A stretch of 60,978 nt of DNA, counting the filler. It is 7 parts of 7 records of this genome, joined end to end, with 100 filler letters (N's around TTAATTAATTAA, not from the genome) between each part and the next. Parts side by side here need not be neighbours in the genome. Positions count along the whole stretch, not along the records: positions 1 to 9,322 come from SRR31156797_16478; positions 9,423 to 17,615 come from SRR31156797_16490; 5 more parts are not named here. One strand, given 5' to 3'. Below are positions 1-9,423 of the stretch, piece after piece. Under the pieces are notes generated by a model. It saw only the letters and a list, made by a program, of their open reading frames with translations, searched no databases and was not told the DNA's origin. The stretch's first letter is position 1, and each line of letters opens with the position of its first letter. Position numbers and translations under genes: made by a program.

Positions 1-12
1 GCATAATATCAC

Positions 13-1032
13 CTACTTCAATTTATTCTTGTATGCTTCGATCAGATTGGGAATGACCTTCATGGCATCCCCCACGATCTTGTAATGACAAACCGAGAAG
101 ATCGGCGCTTCAGGATCGGTGTTGATAGCAATGATCTTATTCGATTCATCCATACCCGCACGATGCTGAATAGCACCGGAAATTCCCGCTGCAATGTAGA
201 GTTTCGGTCGTACCGTTACACCGGTCTGTCCAACCTGACGCTCATGTTCAATGAACCCGGCATCTACAGCGGCGCGAGATCCGGCAACTTCCCCACCGAA
301 GAGATCGGCAAGGTCTTGCAATAGTCCAAAATTCTCTTTAGAACCCATTCCATAACCGCCGGCTACAATAATTGGCGAGCATTTCAGATCGATCTTGCAT
401 TCTTCCTGATGTCGTTTGATGATCTCGATCACATCGTCCAGCTCTTGAGCTTTATAGGGAACGCGGACGATCTTGCCATCCACGGGCTTATCTAATTCGG
501 CCATTTCCATTACGCCTTCACGTACAGAGGCCATTTGCACCGGATTGTCAGGTGTAATAATGGTCGCAACGATATTTCCACCGAAAGCCGGCCGGATCTG
601 AAGAAGAATATCTTTGTAGTCTTTCTTCATGTAGGTCACATCCGATATTTGCAGATCGGTACAATCGGCGGTCAAACCACTGAGCGTTTTAGATGCCACG
701 CGTGGAGCGATATCACGTCCAACGAAGGTAGCACCAAATAATACGATGCGCGGTTGATGTTCTTCGACCAGTTCGCTCATAATACGGCTGTATGGCATGG
801 TCTTATAATCTTTCAGGGCAGGATCTTCAACAATAATGGTTTCTTTCGCACCAAATCTAAACGTTTGCTTTGCTAAGGCTTCCAATTTATCGCCGATGAT
901 CACAGCTTTCAGATCTCCATTGAGCAGCTCTGCCAGCTTACGTCCTTTGGTCAATAGTTCGAGACTGACATCGGCAATCTTGCCGCCTTTCTGCTCTACA
1001 TAGACCCAGACTTCATGTTTTGATGTATTCAT
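13..1032 (-). CDS. etfA: Electron transfer flavoprotein alpha subunit
   Basis: GLTADCTDL, RPAFGGNIVATI, QVGQTG and GISGAIQH motifs. ATG at 1032 (MNTSKHEVW) preferred over the ORF-track start 1047, which overlaps etfB. Confidence 0.95.
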   Translation of the reverse strand: MNTSKHEVWVYVEQKGGKIADVSLELLTKGRKLAELLNGDLKAVIIGDKLEALAKQTFRFGAKETIIVEDPALKDYKTMPYSRIMSELVEEHQPRIVLFGATFVGRDIAPRVASKTLSGLTADCTDLQISDVTYMKKDYKDILLQIRPAFGGNIVATIITPDNPVQMASVREGVMEMAELDKPVDGKIVRVPYKAQELDDVIEIIKRHQEECKIDLKCSPIIVAGGYGMGSKENFGLLQDLADLFGGEVAGSRAAVDAGFIEHERQVGQTGVTVRPKLYIAAGISGAIQHRAGMDESNKIIAINTDPEAPIFSVCHYKIVGDAMKVIPNLIEAYKNKLK

Positions 1033-1039
1033 AGTGATT

Positions 1040-1840
1040 TTATCCAAAAATATGATCTTGTTTGAGTTTATCGATCATCTCGCCCAAGCCTTCTTTAGTC
1101 GGCTCAACCGTTTCATGATCGCCTGCAGATAAAACAACGGACTCGATATTATTCACTTTTGTCGGTGAACCGTGTAATCCGATGCGATCAATATCGACAT
1201 CCAGATCTTCCGTTGTTATCAGTTTCGGTTCATGGTTTTTAAAAGCCATGAGCTTCTTTGCTGCAAAAGGTCTGGGTACAGAGGCTTCACCTACAACCGT
1301 CAATAATGCAGGTAATTTTGAAACCAACACTTCATGACCGCCGTCAATCAATCTCTGGACCTTGATCTTGTTTTCTTTTAACTCGAGGATCTTTTCAGCA
1401 TAAGTGATCTGGGGAAGTCCCAGTTTTTCGGCCGTTTGCGGACCCACCTGAGCGGTATCACCGTCAATAGCCTGACGTCCGGCAAACACGATATCGTAAT
1501 CACCGATCTTTTCCACTACTTTGCTTAAAACGTAGGATGTTGCCAGTGTATCGGCACCCGCGAATTTGCGGTCCGTGACCAGAATAACATCATCCGCCCC
1601 CATGTAGAGGCATTCTTTCAAGAGCTCCGCCGCCTTGGGCGGTCCCATAGTAACGGCAACAACTTTGCCGCCGTACTTTTCTTTTACCTGTAATGCAAGT
1701 TCCAAAGCGACTTTGTCTTCCGGATTGAATACGGTCGGCAATTTTGCTCTATTGACCGTACCATCCGGTTTCATTACTTCGCCGGAAATATTTGCGGTAT
1801 CAGGTACTTGTTTGACTAAAACAATTGACTTGATTTCCAT
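1040..1840 (-). CDS. etfB: Electron transfer flavoprotein beta subunit
   Basis: VKQVPDT, DRKFAGADTLATS and GRQAIDGDTAQVGP motifs; directly upstream of etfA. Confidence 0.95.
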   Translation of the reverse strand: MEIKSIVLVKQVPDTANISGEVMKPDGTVNRAKLPTVFNPEDKVALELALQVKEKYGGKVVAVTMGPPKAAELLKECLYMGADDVILVTDRKFAGADTLATSYVLSKVVEKIGDYDIVFAGRQAIDGDTAQVGPQTAEKLGLPQITYAEKILELKENKIKVQRLIDGGHEVLVSKLPALLTVVGEASVPRPFAAKKLMAFKNHEPKLITTEDLDVDIDRIGLHGSPTKVNNIESVVLSAGDHETVEPTKEGLGEMIDKLKQDHIFG

Positions 1841-1948
1841 ATGTTCCCTATCTGTGCGTTTACGTATTTTATATCTGTGCCATATAAAATAACAACGGTC
1901 AATATATTAAGATGGGATTTGGATTACAAGCCAAAAATATTTTTGAAA

Positions 1949-2035
1949 GAGCACTGAGCGCGGGGCACTGGGCACTGAGAATGATGTACAGATTACCACA
2001 GGTCACTGATCCCCGATTACTGATTACTGGCTTCT
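1949..2035. repeat. Degenerate heptanucleotide tandem repeats, two short tracts
   Basis: GAGCACT GAGCGCG GGGCACT GGGCACT GAGAATG (1949-1983) and GGTCACT GATCCCC GATTACT GATTACT GGCTTCT (2001-2035) in the etfB-efp intergenic region. Confidence 0.6.
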
Positions 2036-2110
2036 ATCTTCTTGCTTCCGGCTACTGATAACATTAAATTACATGATGTTTTTATATGAATGTTAACAAA
2101 GGAGACTACT

Positions 2111-2677
2111 GTGGCCTCAACAGCTGATTTTAAACCGGGTATGATAATTATATATAATGGTGAATTATATAAGATCGTGAGCTACCAGCACAGCAAAATG
2201 GGACGTGCCGGAGCCGTCGTTAGAACAAAATTAAAACATGTATTGAATGGCAAGGTTCTTGAAAACACTTTCCGTTCAGGTGAAAAAGTGGAAACCGCCA
2301 GAGTTGAAGCTCACGTATTGCAATATCTTTACAATGATGGTGACAATTACTATATGATGGATCCGGAAACCTTCGACCAGATCCCTGTATCTGCAGAGAT
2401 CATCGGTGATGACCATTACTACATTCGTGAAAACGACGAGATCAAGGTCATGATATATAATGAAGCTCCCATATCTATAGAGCTTCCAACGGCTGTTATC
2501 ATGAAGGTCACCTACACCGAACCCGGTGAACGCGGTGACACAGCCAAAACCAATGTAAAGAAACCCGCTAAAGTCGAAACCGGGTTGGAAGTTCCTGTCC
2601 CGCTTTTCATCAACGAAGGCGACATGATCAAGATAGATACTCGTGACGGTCAATACCTAGAGCGAGTAAAAAAATAA
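2111..2677 (+). CDS. efp: Elongation factor P
   Basis: GTG start at 2111 behind GGAG (2101); TFRSGEKVE, PGERGDTA, KPAKVETG, VPLFINEGD and IDTRDGQYLER motifs; loop HSKMGRAGA. Confidence 0.96.
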   Translation: MASTADFKPGMIIIYNGELYKIVSYQHSKMGRAGAVVRTKLKHVLNGKVLENTFRSGEKVETARVEAHVLQYLYNDGDNYYMMDPETFDQIPVSAEIIGDDHYYIRENDEIKVMIYNEAPISIELPTAVIMKVTYTEPGERGDTAKTNVKKPAKVETGLEVPVPLFINEGDMIKIDTRDGQYLERVKK

Positions 2678-2718
2678 TCCTCCTTCTCCGTCAACTGACG
2701 GATACGGCGGACAAGCCA
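2678..2718. repeat. Short REP-like hairpin between efp and gcvH
   Basis: TCCGTCA-AC-TGACGGA inverted repeat inside CCTTC...TACGGCGGACAAG; no poly-U tail. Confidence 0.35.
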
Positions 2719-2750
2719 AAAACTACTTTTTGAGTTAAGAGGTATATAGA

Positions 2751-3128
2751 ATGAACGTAAAGAAAGAACTTAAGTACACTGAGTCCCACGAATGGGTAAA
2801 AGTTGACGGTGACGTCGCTATTATCGGCGTATCCGATTATGCACAAAGCGAATTGGGAGACATCGTTTTTGTTGAAATGCCGGAAGTAGGTGATGAAGCT
2901 GAAAAAGACGGATCATGCGGAACGATAGAAGCTGTAAAAACGGTTTCTGACCTGAATTCACCTGTGAGTGGTGAGATCGTAGAGATCAACGAAGCGTTGG
3001 AAGACGAACCGACATTGGTCAACACGGATTGTTACGGTGAAGGCTGGATCATTAAAGTTAAAATGAGCGATGTTTCTGAACTTGATGATCTGATGGATGC
3101 CGACGCATACGAAGAATCTGCAGCTTAA
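2751..3128 (+). CDS. gcvH: Glycine cleavage system H protein
   Basis: YTESHEW, GVSDYAQSELGDIVFVE and the lipoyl-Lys motif IEAVKTVSDL. Confidence 0.97.
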   Translation: MNVKKELKYTESHEWVKVDGDVAIIGVSDYAQSELGDIVFVEMPEVGDEAEKDGSCGTIEAVKTVSDLNSPVSGEIVEINEALEDEPTLVNTDCYGEGWIIKVKMSDVSELDDLMDADAYEESAA

Positions 3129-3156
3129 TTTTAATTTCTGATATAAGAGGTCTGCG

Positions 3157-4503
3157 ATGCCATACTTGCCACACGGTAATGATGATATCAAACAGATGCT
3201 GAAAAAGATCGGTGTTGACCGATTTGAAGATCTGCTTAAAAATATTCCCGAAGTATTAAAAGGTGATGTAACTCTGGATTTGCCCGGAGCACTTTCCGAG
3301 CTGGAGATCCAGCAGGAAATGCATGAGCTTCTCAAGAAAAATACGGCCTGTCATCAGACCGTTTCTTTTTTAGGCGCAGGTGCTTACGATCACTTCATTC
3401 CCAAAGTCGTGGATTTCATTATCTCACGTCCGGAATTCGCAACGGCTTATACTCCTTATCAGGCGGAAGTTTCACAAGGCACTCTACAGGCCATGTACGA
3501 GTTCCAATCCTTGATCTGCGAACTCACCGGCATGGACGTCTCCAACGCCTCCATGTATGATGGTGCTACAGCCTTGGCTGAAACCGTCCTGATGGCAAAA
3601 GGAATTAAGCGTAAAAAAAATGAAGTTATCGTATCAGGTGCTATTCATCCGCTGTATCGCAAGACACTGGAAACTTATGCCGAATCTTTGAATGTCAAAT
3701 TGATCGATTGTCCAATTAAAAATGATCTTACAGATAAAGAAGCCTTAAAACCCCTGTTCAATGAAAACACGGCTGCAGTGATCGTTCAAAGTCCGAATTT
3801 TTTTGGAGCGATTGAAGATACTTCCTATTTCTCCGAAACCGCACATGAACACGACACACTTTTTATTCAAGGCGTGGATCCAATTTCTCTGGCAATTCTA
3901 AAAACACCCGGTGAGGTGGATGCGGATATTACTTTTGGAGAAGGACAATCATTGGGCAACCACTTGAATTTCGGTGGCCCTTATCTTGGGCTATTTGCCG
4001 CAAAACAAGCCTACGTCCGCAAAATGCCCGGCCGCATAGCAGGTATGACGGAAGACACAGACGGAAATCGAGGATACGTCCTGACGCTTCAAACCCGCGA
4101 ACAACATATCCGTCGCGAAAAAGCGACATCGAATATTTGCTCAAATGAAGCACTTTGCGCACTGGCTGCGACCGTATATCTTGCCCTGATGGGACGGACA
4201 GGTTTAAAGCAAGTTGCAGAACTATCTCTGCAAAAAGCGCACTACCTTCAGGAAAAGATCTGCGAACTCCCGAGATTTAAAGCTGCCAATAACGCACCTT
4301 TCTTCAAGGAATTCGTCATCGAAACACCTGTCCCGGCCAAAGAGATCGTCGACAAAGCTCTCGAAAAAGCCATTTATGCAGGTATTGATCTGGGCACCTA
4401 CTTCCCTGAACGCAAAAACCAGCTCCTCATTGCCGTGACCGAAAAACGCAGCAAAAAAGAAATAGAACAATTTGTAGAGTTTTTGGCTACTTTTTCAACG
4501 TAA
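3157..4503 (+). CDS. gcvPA: Glycine dehydrogenase (decarboxylating) subunit 1
   Basis: FLGAGAYDH, TAYTPYQAEVSQG, NASMYDGATA and LQTREQHIRREKATSNICSN; 448 aa matches subunit A of the split P protein. Confidence 0.96.
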   Translation: MPYLPHGNDDIKQMLKKIGVDRFEDLLKNIPEVLKGDVTLDLPGALSELEIQQEMHELLKKNTACHQTVSFLGAGAYDHFIPKVVDFIISRPEFATAYTPYQAEVSQGTLQAMYEFQSLICELTGMDVSNASMYDGATALAETVLMAKGIKRKKNEVIVSGAIHPLYRKTLETYAESLNVKLIDCPIKNDLTDKEALKPLFNENTAAVIVQSPNFFGAIEDTSYFSETAHEHDTLFIQGVDPISLAILKTPGEVDADITFGEGQSLGNHLNFGGPYLGLFAAKQAYVRKMPGRIAGMTEDTDGNRGYVLTLQTREQHIRREKATSNICSNEALCALAATVYLALMGRTGLKQVAELSLQKAHYLQEKICELPRFKAANNAPFFKEFVIETPVPAKEIVDKALEKAIYAGIDLGTYFPERKNQLLIAVTEKRSKKEIEQFVEFLATFST

Positions 4504-4514
4504 TTTTTATGCAA

Positions 4515-5564
4515 CTAATGATTAAATAGTGGCGAAAAGACGGCATAATCTCCACATCGTGTAACATCAGACAATTCAATTTCCTCTGAGCCATCTCTCC
4601 TCGCAATTTTTAAAAAACTACAACCGCCAACTTGCGAACTATAAATCACCCATTCTCCATCAGGTGACCAAAATGGATTTGAGTTGTCATATTCAGAGGT
4701 TGATATTTCTATCGCTGATCCCGATTCAAATTCAACAACATATAGCGTCCTGTCCCATCCAAAAACACTATCGACTAAAGCTACTGCAATATATTCCCCA
4801 CATGGGGACCAAACTGCATTAAAAACATGTTTTTCACCATAATGATCCATTAGGGTTCTATAATTATTTCCATCTTTTGTAATGGTTGATAAATGACCTA
4901 AACCTGAACTATCATAATCTAAGAATAAAATCACATCTTCATGCGGATGCCAATCGGGAAGGTATGCACCATTAATAGAATTTGTTAACTGATATTCACC
5001 GGTTCCATTAAAACCAATTATGTATATTTGAGAACTTAATATTGCTGGATTTCTTTGAGAATGAAAAGCTATTTGGTTACCATCCGGGGACCAAGTTGGA
5101 CTCCAATCGCCGTTTCCATTGTCTGTTAGTTGCCTAATTAACGTGGCGTTAGTGTCAACAACAAAAAGCTCTGTTGATGCGCCATTTGAGCCTGAAGAAT
5201 AAACAACATAATTTCCCTGGGGTGACCACTCCTTTGAGTAGTTTGGACCCTGAGTATATGTGAGTCTTTTTACGTGCGAACCATCAGTATTCATCATATA
5301 TAGATTTTGGCCTCCATCACGAGATGATGCAAATAGTATTTTAGAACCATCGGGTGAAAATATTGGAAAAGTATCAAAACCATCCGATGAAGTTAATTGA
5401 ATGACATTTTCACTATTTTCATCAATTTGGTAGAGATCTGTTTGGGAACCTTCACCTTTAGAAAAAACAATACTGTACTTTGGTAAATCACTTATTTCAT
5501 TGTCTTTAGAACAATTAATAATTGTGAGCACTATTATTAATAGTGTCAAAAGCTTTTTTTTCAT
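4515..5564 (-). CDS. TolB-like beta-propeller lipoprotein (PD40 repeats)
   Basis: Signal peptide ending IINC; repeated P-x-[WF]SPDG motifs; AT-richer than and antisense to its neighbours. Confidence 0.8.
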   Translation of the reverse strand: MKKKLLTLLIIVLTIINCSKDNEISDLPKYSIVFSKGEGSQTDLYQIDENSENVIQLTSSDGFDTFPIFSPDGSKILFASSRDGGQNLYMMNTDGSHVKRLTYTQGPNYSKEWSPQGNYVVYSSGSNGASTELFVVDTNATLIRQLTDNGNGDWSPTWSPDGNQIAFHSQRNPAILSSQIYIIGFNGTGEYQLTNSINGAYLPDWHPHEDVILFLDYDSSGLGHLSTITKDGNNYRTLMDHYGEKHVFNAVWSPCGEYIAVALVDSVFGWDRTLYVVEFESGSAIEISTSEYDNSNPFWSPDGEWVIYSSQVGGCSFLKIARRDGSEEIELSDVTRCGDYAVFSPLFNH

Positions 5565-5864
5565 ATCATCAATTTCCTTGTCTTTAATCAGAATAAGCGT
5601 ACTAATAAAAACAGCAATTGTCCACTTCTTGACTACTTAAACTCTTGCTACTTATTTTAATTAATTGTTTGTTACCGTTCGCAGTATACATATTTTTTCC
5701 TCTTTTTTCAATTAGTTTATGGCGCTCTTAAAGAAACTGTTACTAATAACCAGCTAACTTCTTGCATTTTTTCAACCTTGACTTGGTATCGGCGGATTTC
5801 GCTCAGCATACCAGTTTTTCATATCCCATTCCCTCCCTCTCCCTCCCCCCAGGGCGCCCATAAC

Positions 5865-5951
5865 TCATCACTTATAATTCACCACTTTATTCCTAATTCA
5901 TCATCCATCATTTCGTCTTACGTTTTTACGTCTCACGTTTTACGTGTTACG
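5865..5951. repeat. Degenerate heptanucleotide tandem repeats
   Basis: TCTTACG-T-TTTTACG TCTCACG TTTTACG TGTTACG (5916-5951), preceded by looser TCATCAC/TCACCAC-type units, upstream of gmhA. Confidence 0.65.
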
Positions 5952-6025
5952 AATTTTCTTTGCTTAACATCAGCTTTTTATTATCTTGGCTGTTGTTTAC
6001 ATAATATCAATCAGGAATATGCGGT

Positions 6026-6592
6026 ATGAATAATGCTTTCAGCGAATCACGTGAATTGATCTCCAAGCTTGAACAAGATCAAGTTTTTCATCAAAAAATA
6101 GATAATGCGGCGGGGCATATGATCGAAGCTCTGAATTCCGGCAATAAGATCTTATGGTGCGGCAATGGAGGCTCGGCTGCAGATTGCCAGCATTTATCTG
6201 CCGAATTGCTTGCAAAACTGAACCGTCATCGTCCTGCTTTAGCTTCAATAGCTTTGACTACAGATACATCTTTTCTAACAGCCTGGATCAATGATACAAA
6301 TCATAGCCGCGAACTTTTCTCCCGCCAGATCGAAGGACTGGGAAAAGAAGGCGATATTTTGGTCGCTATTTCTACAAGCGGTAATTCGGATAATATCCAT
6401 GAAGCTGTTTTAAAGGCAAAGAATATGAATATGAACGTTATCCTTCTTTCCGGAAAAGGTGGTGGCAAAGTCAAAGGCCTGGCTGATGTGGAGTTGATCG
6501 TCCCATCGCAAAACACGCAACGCATTCAAGAAATGCATATCATCATCGGTCACATGCTCTGCGAAGTGATCGAAACGGCATTCGTTAAATAA
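6026..6592 (+). CDS. gmhA: Phosphoheptose isomerase (SIS domain)
   Basis: CGNGGSAADCQH, ISTSGNS and TQRIQEMHI motifs. Confidence 0.93.
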   Translation: MNNAFSESRELISKLEQDQVFHQKIDNAAGHMIEALNSGNKILWCGNGGSAADCQHLSAELLAKLNRHRPALASIALTTDTSFLTAWINDTNHSRELFSRQIEGLGKEGDILVAISTSGNSDNIHEAVLKAKNMNMNVILLSGKGGGKVKGLADVELIVPSQNTQRIQEMHIIIGHMLCEVIETAFVK

Positions 6593-6598
6593 GGGCTT

Positions 6599-7501
6599 AT
6601 GCTAAGGACCTTAAAAGATTTCATTTATCACCTTCAGGGTGAACGCCAATTATCACCCAATACGGTGAACTCCTATAAAACAGACATTATTCGTTATCTT
6701 GCCTATTTAGATGAGCATCATATTAGCAACGAAAATATGATCATGACCGATCATGTAATATCCTATCTGGAAGAATTGGCGGATATTCCGCTTGCGCCAA
6801 CATCCCTGGCACGAAATCTTTCATCAATTCGCATGTTCCATCGCTTTATGGTCAATGAAGGCTACTGCGAAAAAGATGTAACGGAAAATATAGATTCTCC
6901 GAAATTGCCAAAGCGACTCCCAAAGATCCTGGATATTCCGGATATCGAAGCGATCTTTACAGAGATCGATACGACCACAGATGCCGGAACCAGAGATCGC
7001 GCAATGCTGGAGCTGCTATACGGATCAGGACTGCGTATCTCTGAACTTTTATCCCTACGCCTGCCTTCGCTGATGCTTGATGAAGGCTGGGTGCGGGTAC
7101 TTGGGAAAGGATACAAAGAAAGGATCGTTCCCTTTGGCGATGAAGCTCAATCGTGGCTAAGTTCATATATAAGGAATGTCCGTCCTGTACTTGCTGCTAA
7201 CATAAAAGCCGAAGATGTTATTTTCCTTAATATGCGCGGTGCCCCACTATCACGCATGGGAGTCTGGAAGATCATTCAAAAGTATGCTCAATTGGCCATG
7301 ATCGATAAAGCTGTTTCCCCTCATGTATTCCGGCACTCTTTTGCGACACATTTGCTTGAAGGCGGGGCAGATCTGAGAGCCGTCCAGGAAATGCTCGGTC
7401 ATTCGGATATTGCAACCACCCAGATCTATACTCACCTGGACAGAAATTATTTAAAAGAAGTCCATAAAACATTTCACCCCAGAAAGAAACTTACAACATG
7501 A
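6599..7501 (+). CDS. xerD: Site-specific tyrosine recombinase XerD
   Basis: RDRAMLELLYGSGLRISEL and PHVFRHSFATHLLEGGADLRAVQEMLGHSDIATTQIYTH; housekeeping context. Confidence 0.9.
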   Translation: MLRTLKDFIYHLQGERQLSPNTVNSYKTDIIRYLAYLDEHHISNENMIMTDHVISYLEELADIPLAPTSLARNLSSIRMFHRFMVNEGYCEKDVTENIDSPKLPKRLPKILDIPDIEAIFTEIDTTTDAGTRDRAMLELLYGSGLRISELLSLRLPSLMLDEGWVRVLGKGYKERIVPFGDEAQSWLSSYIRNVRPVLAANIKAEDVIFLNMRGAPLSRMGVWKIIQKYAQLAMIDKAVSPHVFRHSFATHLLEGGADLRAVQEMLGHSDIATTQIYTHLDRNYLKEVHKTFHPRKKLTT

Positions 7502-8145
7502 ATCCTCAAATATTAAATTACGCATCAATGGTCATCCCAATTCTGTTGGCATTGACCGTTCACGAATATTCACACGGTTACATTGCCTACCGATTGGGTG
7601 ACAACACAGCCAAGAACATGGGCAGATTGACCCTTAATCCCATTTCTCATATTGATCCTATAGGATTGATCATGCTATTTGTTATCGGCATGGGCTGGGC
7701 AAAACCGGTTCCGATCAATATTTATGCTTTCAAACATCCCAAACGCGACCTTGCCTTATCTGCCGCAGCGGGACCTGCGTCCAATTTCCTTATGGCAGCG
7801 ATCGCCGGACTTTTGTTCCGCATATTTCCGGGATTGATCCCAATGACCAGCGATGCGGGTGTTTTGCTGTTTTTAAAACTAAATCTTTTTTATTTCATGC
7901 TGATAAATGTCGGACTTGGTATTTTCAACCTCATACCCATTCCGCCTTTAGACGGCTCGAAGATCCTTCGGGGTTTTATGAAAGACAAGCATGTTCATAT
8001 CATAGATTATCTGGAACGCTACGGTGGGATGTTTCTTCTGGCCGTTGTATTTCTTGGCAGACTGACAGGCTTCTCGGTTTTTGGACGTCTTATCGGTCCT
8101 CTTATCTATGGATTGGTTAATATTTTTTCAGGGATACAAGTATGA
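7498..8145 (+). CDS. Site-2 protease family (M50) membrane metalloprotease
   Basis: HEYSH zinc motif, AGPASN and FNLIPIPPLDG. Confidence 0.92.
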   Translation: MNPQILNYASMVIPILLALTVHEYSHGYIAYRLGDNTAKNMGRLTLNPISHIDPIGLIMLFVIGMGWAKPVPINIYAFKHPKRDLALSAAAGPASNFLMAAIAGLLFRIFPGLIPMTSDAGVLLFLKLNLFYFMLINVGLGIFNLIPIPPLDGSKILRGFMKDKHVHIIDYLERYGGMFLLAVVFLGRLTGFSVFGRLIGPLIYGLVNIFSGIQV

Positions 8146-9206
8146 GTAACTTTTTAGGTTATAACGAAAAAGAATTTCCTCTTCCGGAATTGCCTGCAGA
8201 TGATGCGATCCTGGGACGCGTGATCGAAGAACACCGTGAACGGTACTTTGTTGCTACCGAAGATGGCGTATTCGAAGCCGGTGTAACAGGCAAGATCATG
8301 TTCAATTCCGATTCCAAGGATGCCTTCCCGGCTGTTGGCGATTGGGTTTTGCTCTCACCCATGGATGAATACCAGGGTATTATCCATGAAATATTACCAC
8401 GTAAAACATTGCTTCGTAGACGCTCTTCGGGTAAAAAGTCTGGTGAGCAGGTTATTGCAGCAAATATCGACATAGCTTTTGTTGTTATGTCCGGCAATGA
8501 AGACTTCAGCTTGAACCGCCTTGAGCGTTATTTAACAATAATCTACGATGGAAAGATCAAACCAATTATCATCCTGAACAAAACCGATCTTTTTTCAAAA
8601 GAAGAAATTGATGAACTTGTCAAAGAAATAAAATTACGTCACCCGGACGCTGAATTGGTATGGACCTCTGCGCTAACAGAAAAAGGCTTAAAATATGTGG
8701 TGGAGCACCTGTTTAAAGGCAAAACCTATTGCTTTGTAGGCTCATCGGGTGTTGGAAAATCATCACTTATCAACCGCTTAACCGGGCGGGAACGTCAGGA
8801 AACCGGACACATCAGTGAAGCGACTGCAAAGGGCAGGCATGTTACAACTTACCGTGAACTTATTGAATTGGAAAACGGAGCTTTCTTGATCGATACGCCC
8901 GGAATGCGTGAAGTTGGAATATCTGCCTCAGATGCCGGACTTGAAGAGACCTTTTCGGATATTTTTGCGATTGCCGAAAAGTGCCGGTTCAGAGATTGTA
9001 CACATACCAACGAACCCGGTTGTGCAGTTATCGCCGCTGTAGGATCCGGAGAAGTGCAGCAAGGTAAACTTGATAACTTTTTACGCTTGAAGCGTGAATC
9101 TGATTTTTTCCAAATGGATGATTATGAAAAACGTGCCAAGCAAAAATCCTTTACCAAGATGGTAAAAGAATTCAAGCGTAATAAAGATGTAAAGCATAAG
9201 AAGTAA
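8142..9206 (+). CDS. rsgA: Ribosome small subunit-dependent GTPase A
   Basis: Circularly permuted GTPase (NKTDL, GSSGVGKSS, GRHVTT, DTPGMRE) with zinc site CRFRDCTHTNEPGC. Confidence 0.95.
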   Translation: MSNFLGYNEKEFPLPELPADDAILGRVIEEHRERYFVATEDGVFEAGVTGKIMFNSDSKDAFPAVGDWVLLSPMDEYQGIIHEILPRKTLLRRRSSGKKSGEQVIAANIDIAFVVMSGNEDFSLNRLERYLTIIYDGKIKPIIILNKTDLFSKEEIDELVKEIKLRHPDAELVWTSALTEKGLKYVVEHLFKGKTYCFVGSSGVGKSSLINRLTGRERQETGHISEATAKGRHVTTYRELIELENGAFLIDTPGMREVGISASDAGLEETFSDIFAIAEKCRFRDCTHTNEPGCAVIAAVGSGEVQQGKLDNFLRLKRESDFFQMDDYEKRAKQKSFTKMVKEFKRNKDVKHKK

Positions 9207-9236
9207 ACACACATAAATTTTACAGATATTGAATAA

Positions 9237-9322
9237 TTAATAGCCCCGAACTAAAGCACGGGGCTATTAAACAATTCAACAAATTATTATACAATAAAAA
9301 AGACGCGATAAATCGCGTCTCT
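9237..9322. repeat. Two REP-like palindromes at the contig end
   Basis: TTAATAGCCCCG-N10-CGGGGCTATTAA (9237-9270) and AGACGCGAT-AA-ATCGCGTCT (9301-9320); the contig ends immediately after. Confidence 0.6.
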
Positions 9323-9422
9323 NNNNNNNNNNNNNNNNNNNNNNNNNNNNNNNNNNNNNNNNNNNNTTAATTAATTAANNNNNNNNNNNNNNNNNNNNNN
9401 NNNNNNNNNNNNNNNNNNNNNN
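9323..9422. other. Artificial contig-joining spacer (N-run with six-frame stop TTAATTAATTAA)
   Basis: N44-TTAATTAATTAA-N44; the same 100-bp spacer occurs six times. Confidence 0.99.
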
Positions 9423-9423
9423 C

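Noticed and set aside
5778-6029. 83-aa ORF upstream of gmhA
   Set aside because: Translation of low-complexity heptamer repeats, with no RBS or protein-like features.
6599-7501. Tyrosine recombinase as a prophage/island integrase
   Set aside because: XerD-type sequence embedded in a housekeeping operon, with no att sites or mobile genes.
9367-9378. Repeated TTAATTAATTAA palindrome as a biological repeat or CRISPR-like unit
   Set aside because: Always centred in N-runs; an artificial six-frame-stop linker.
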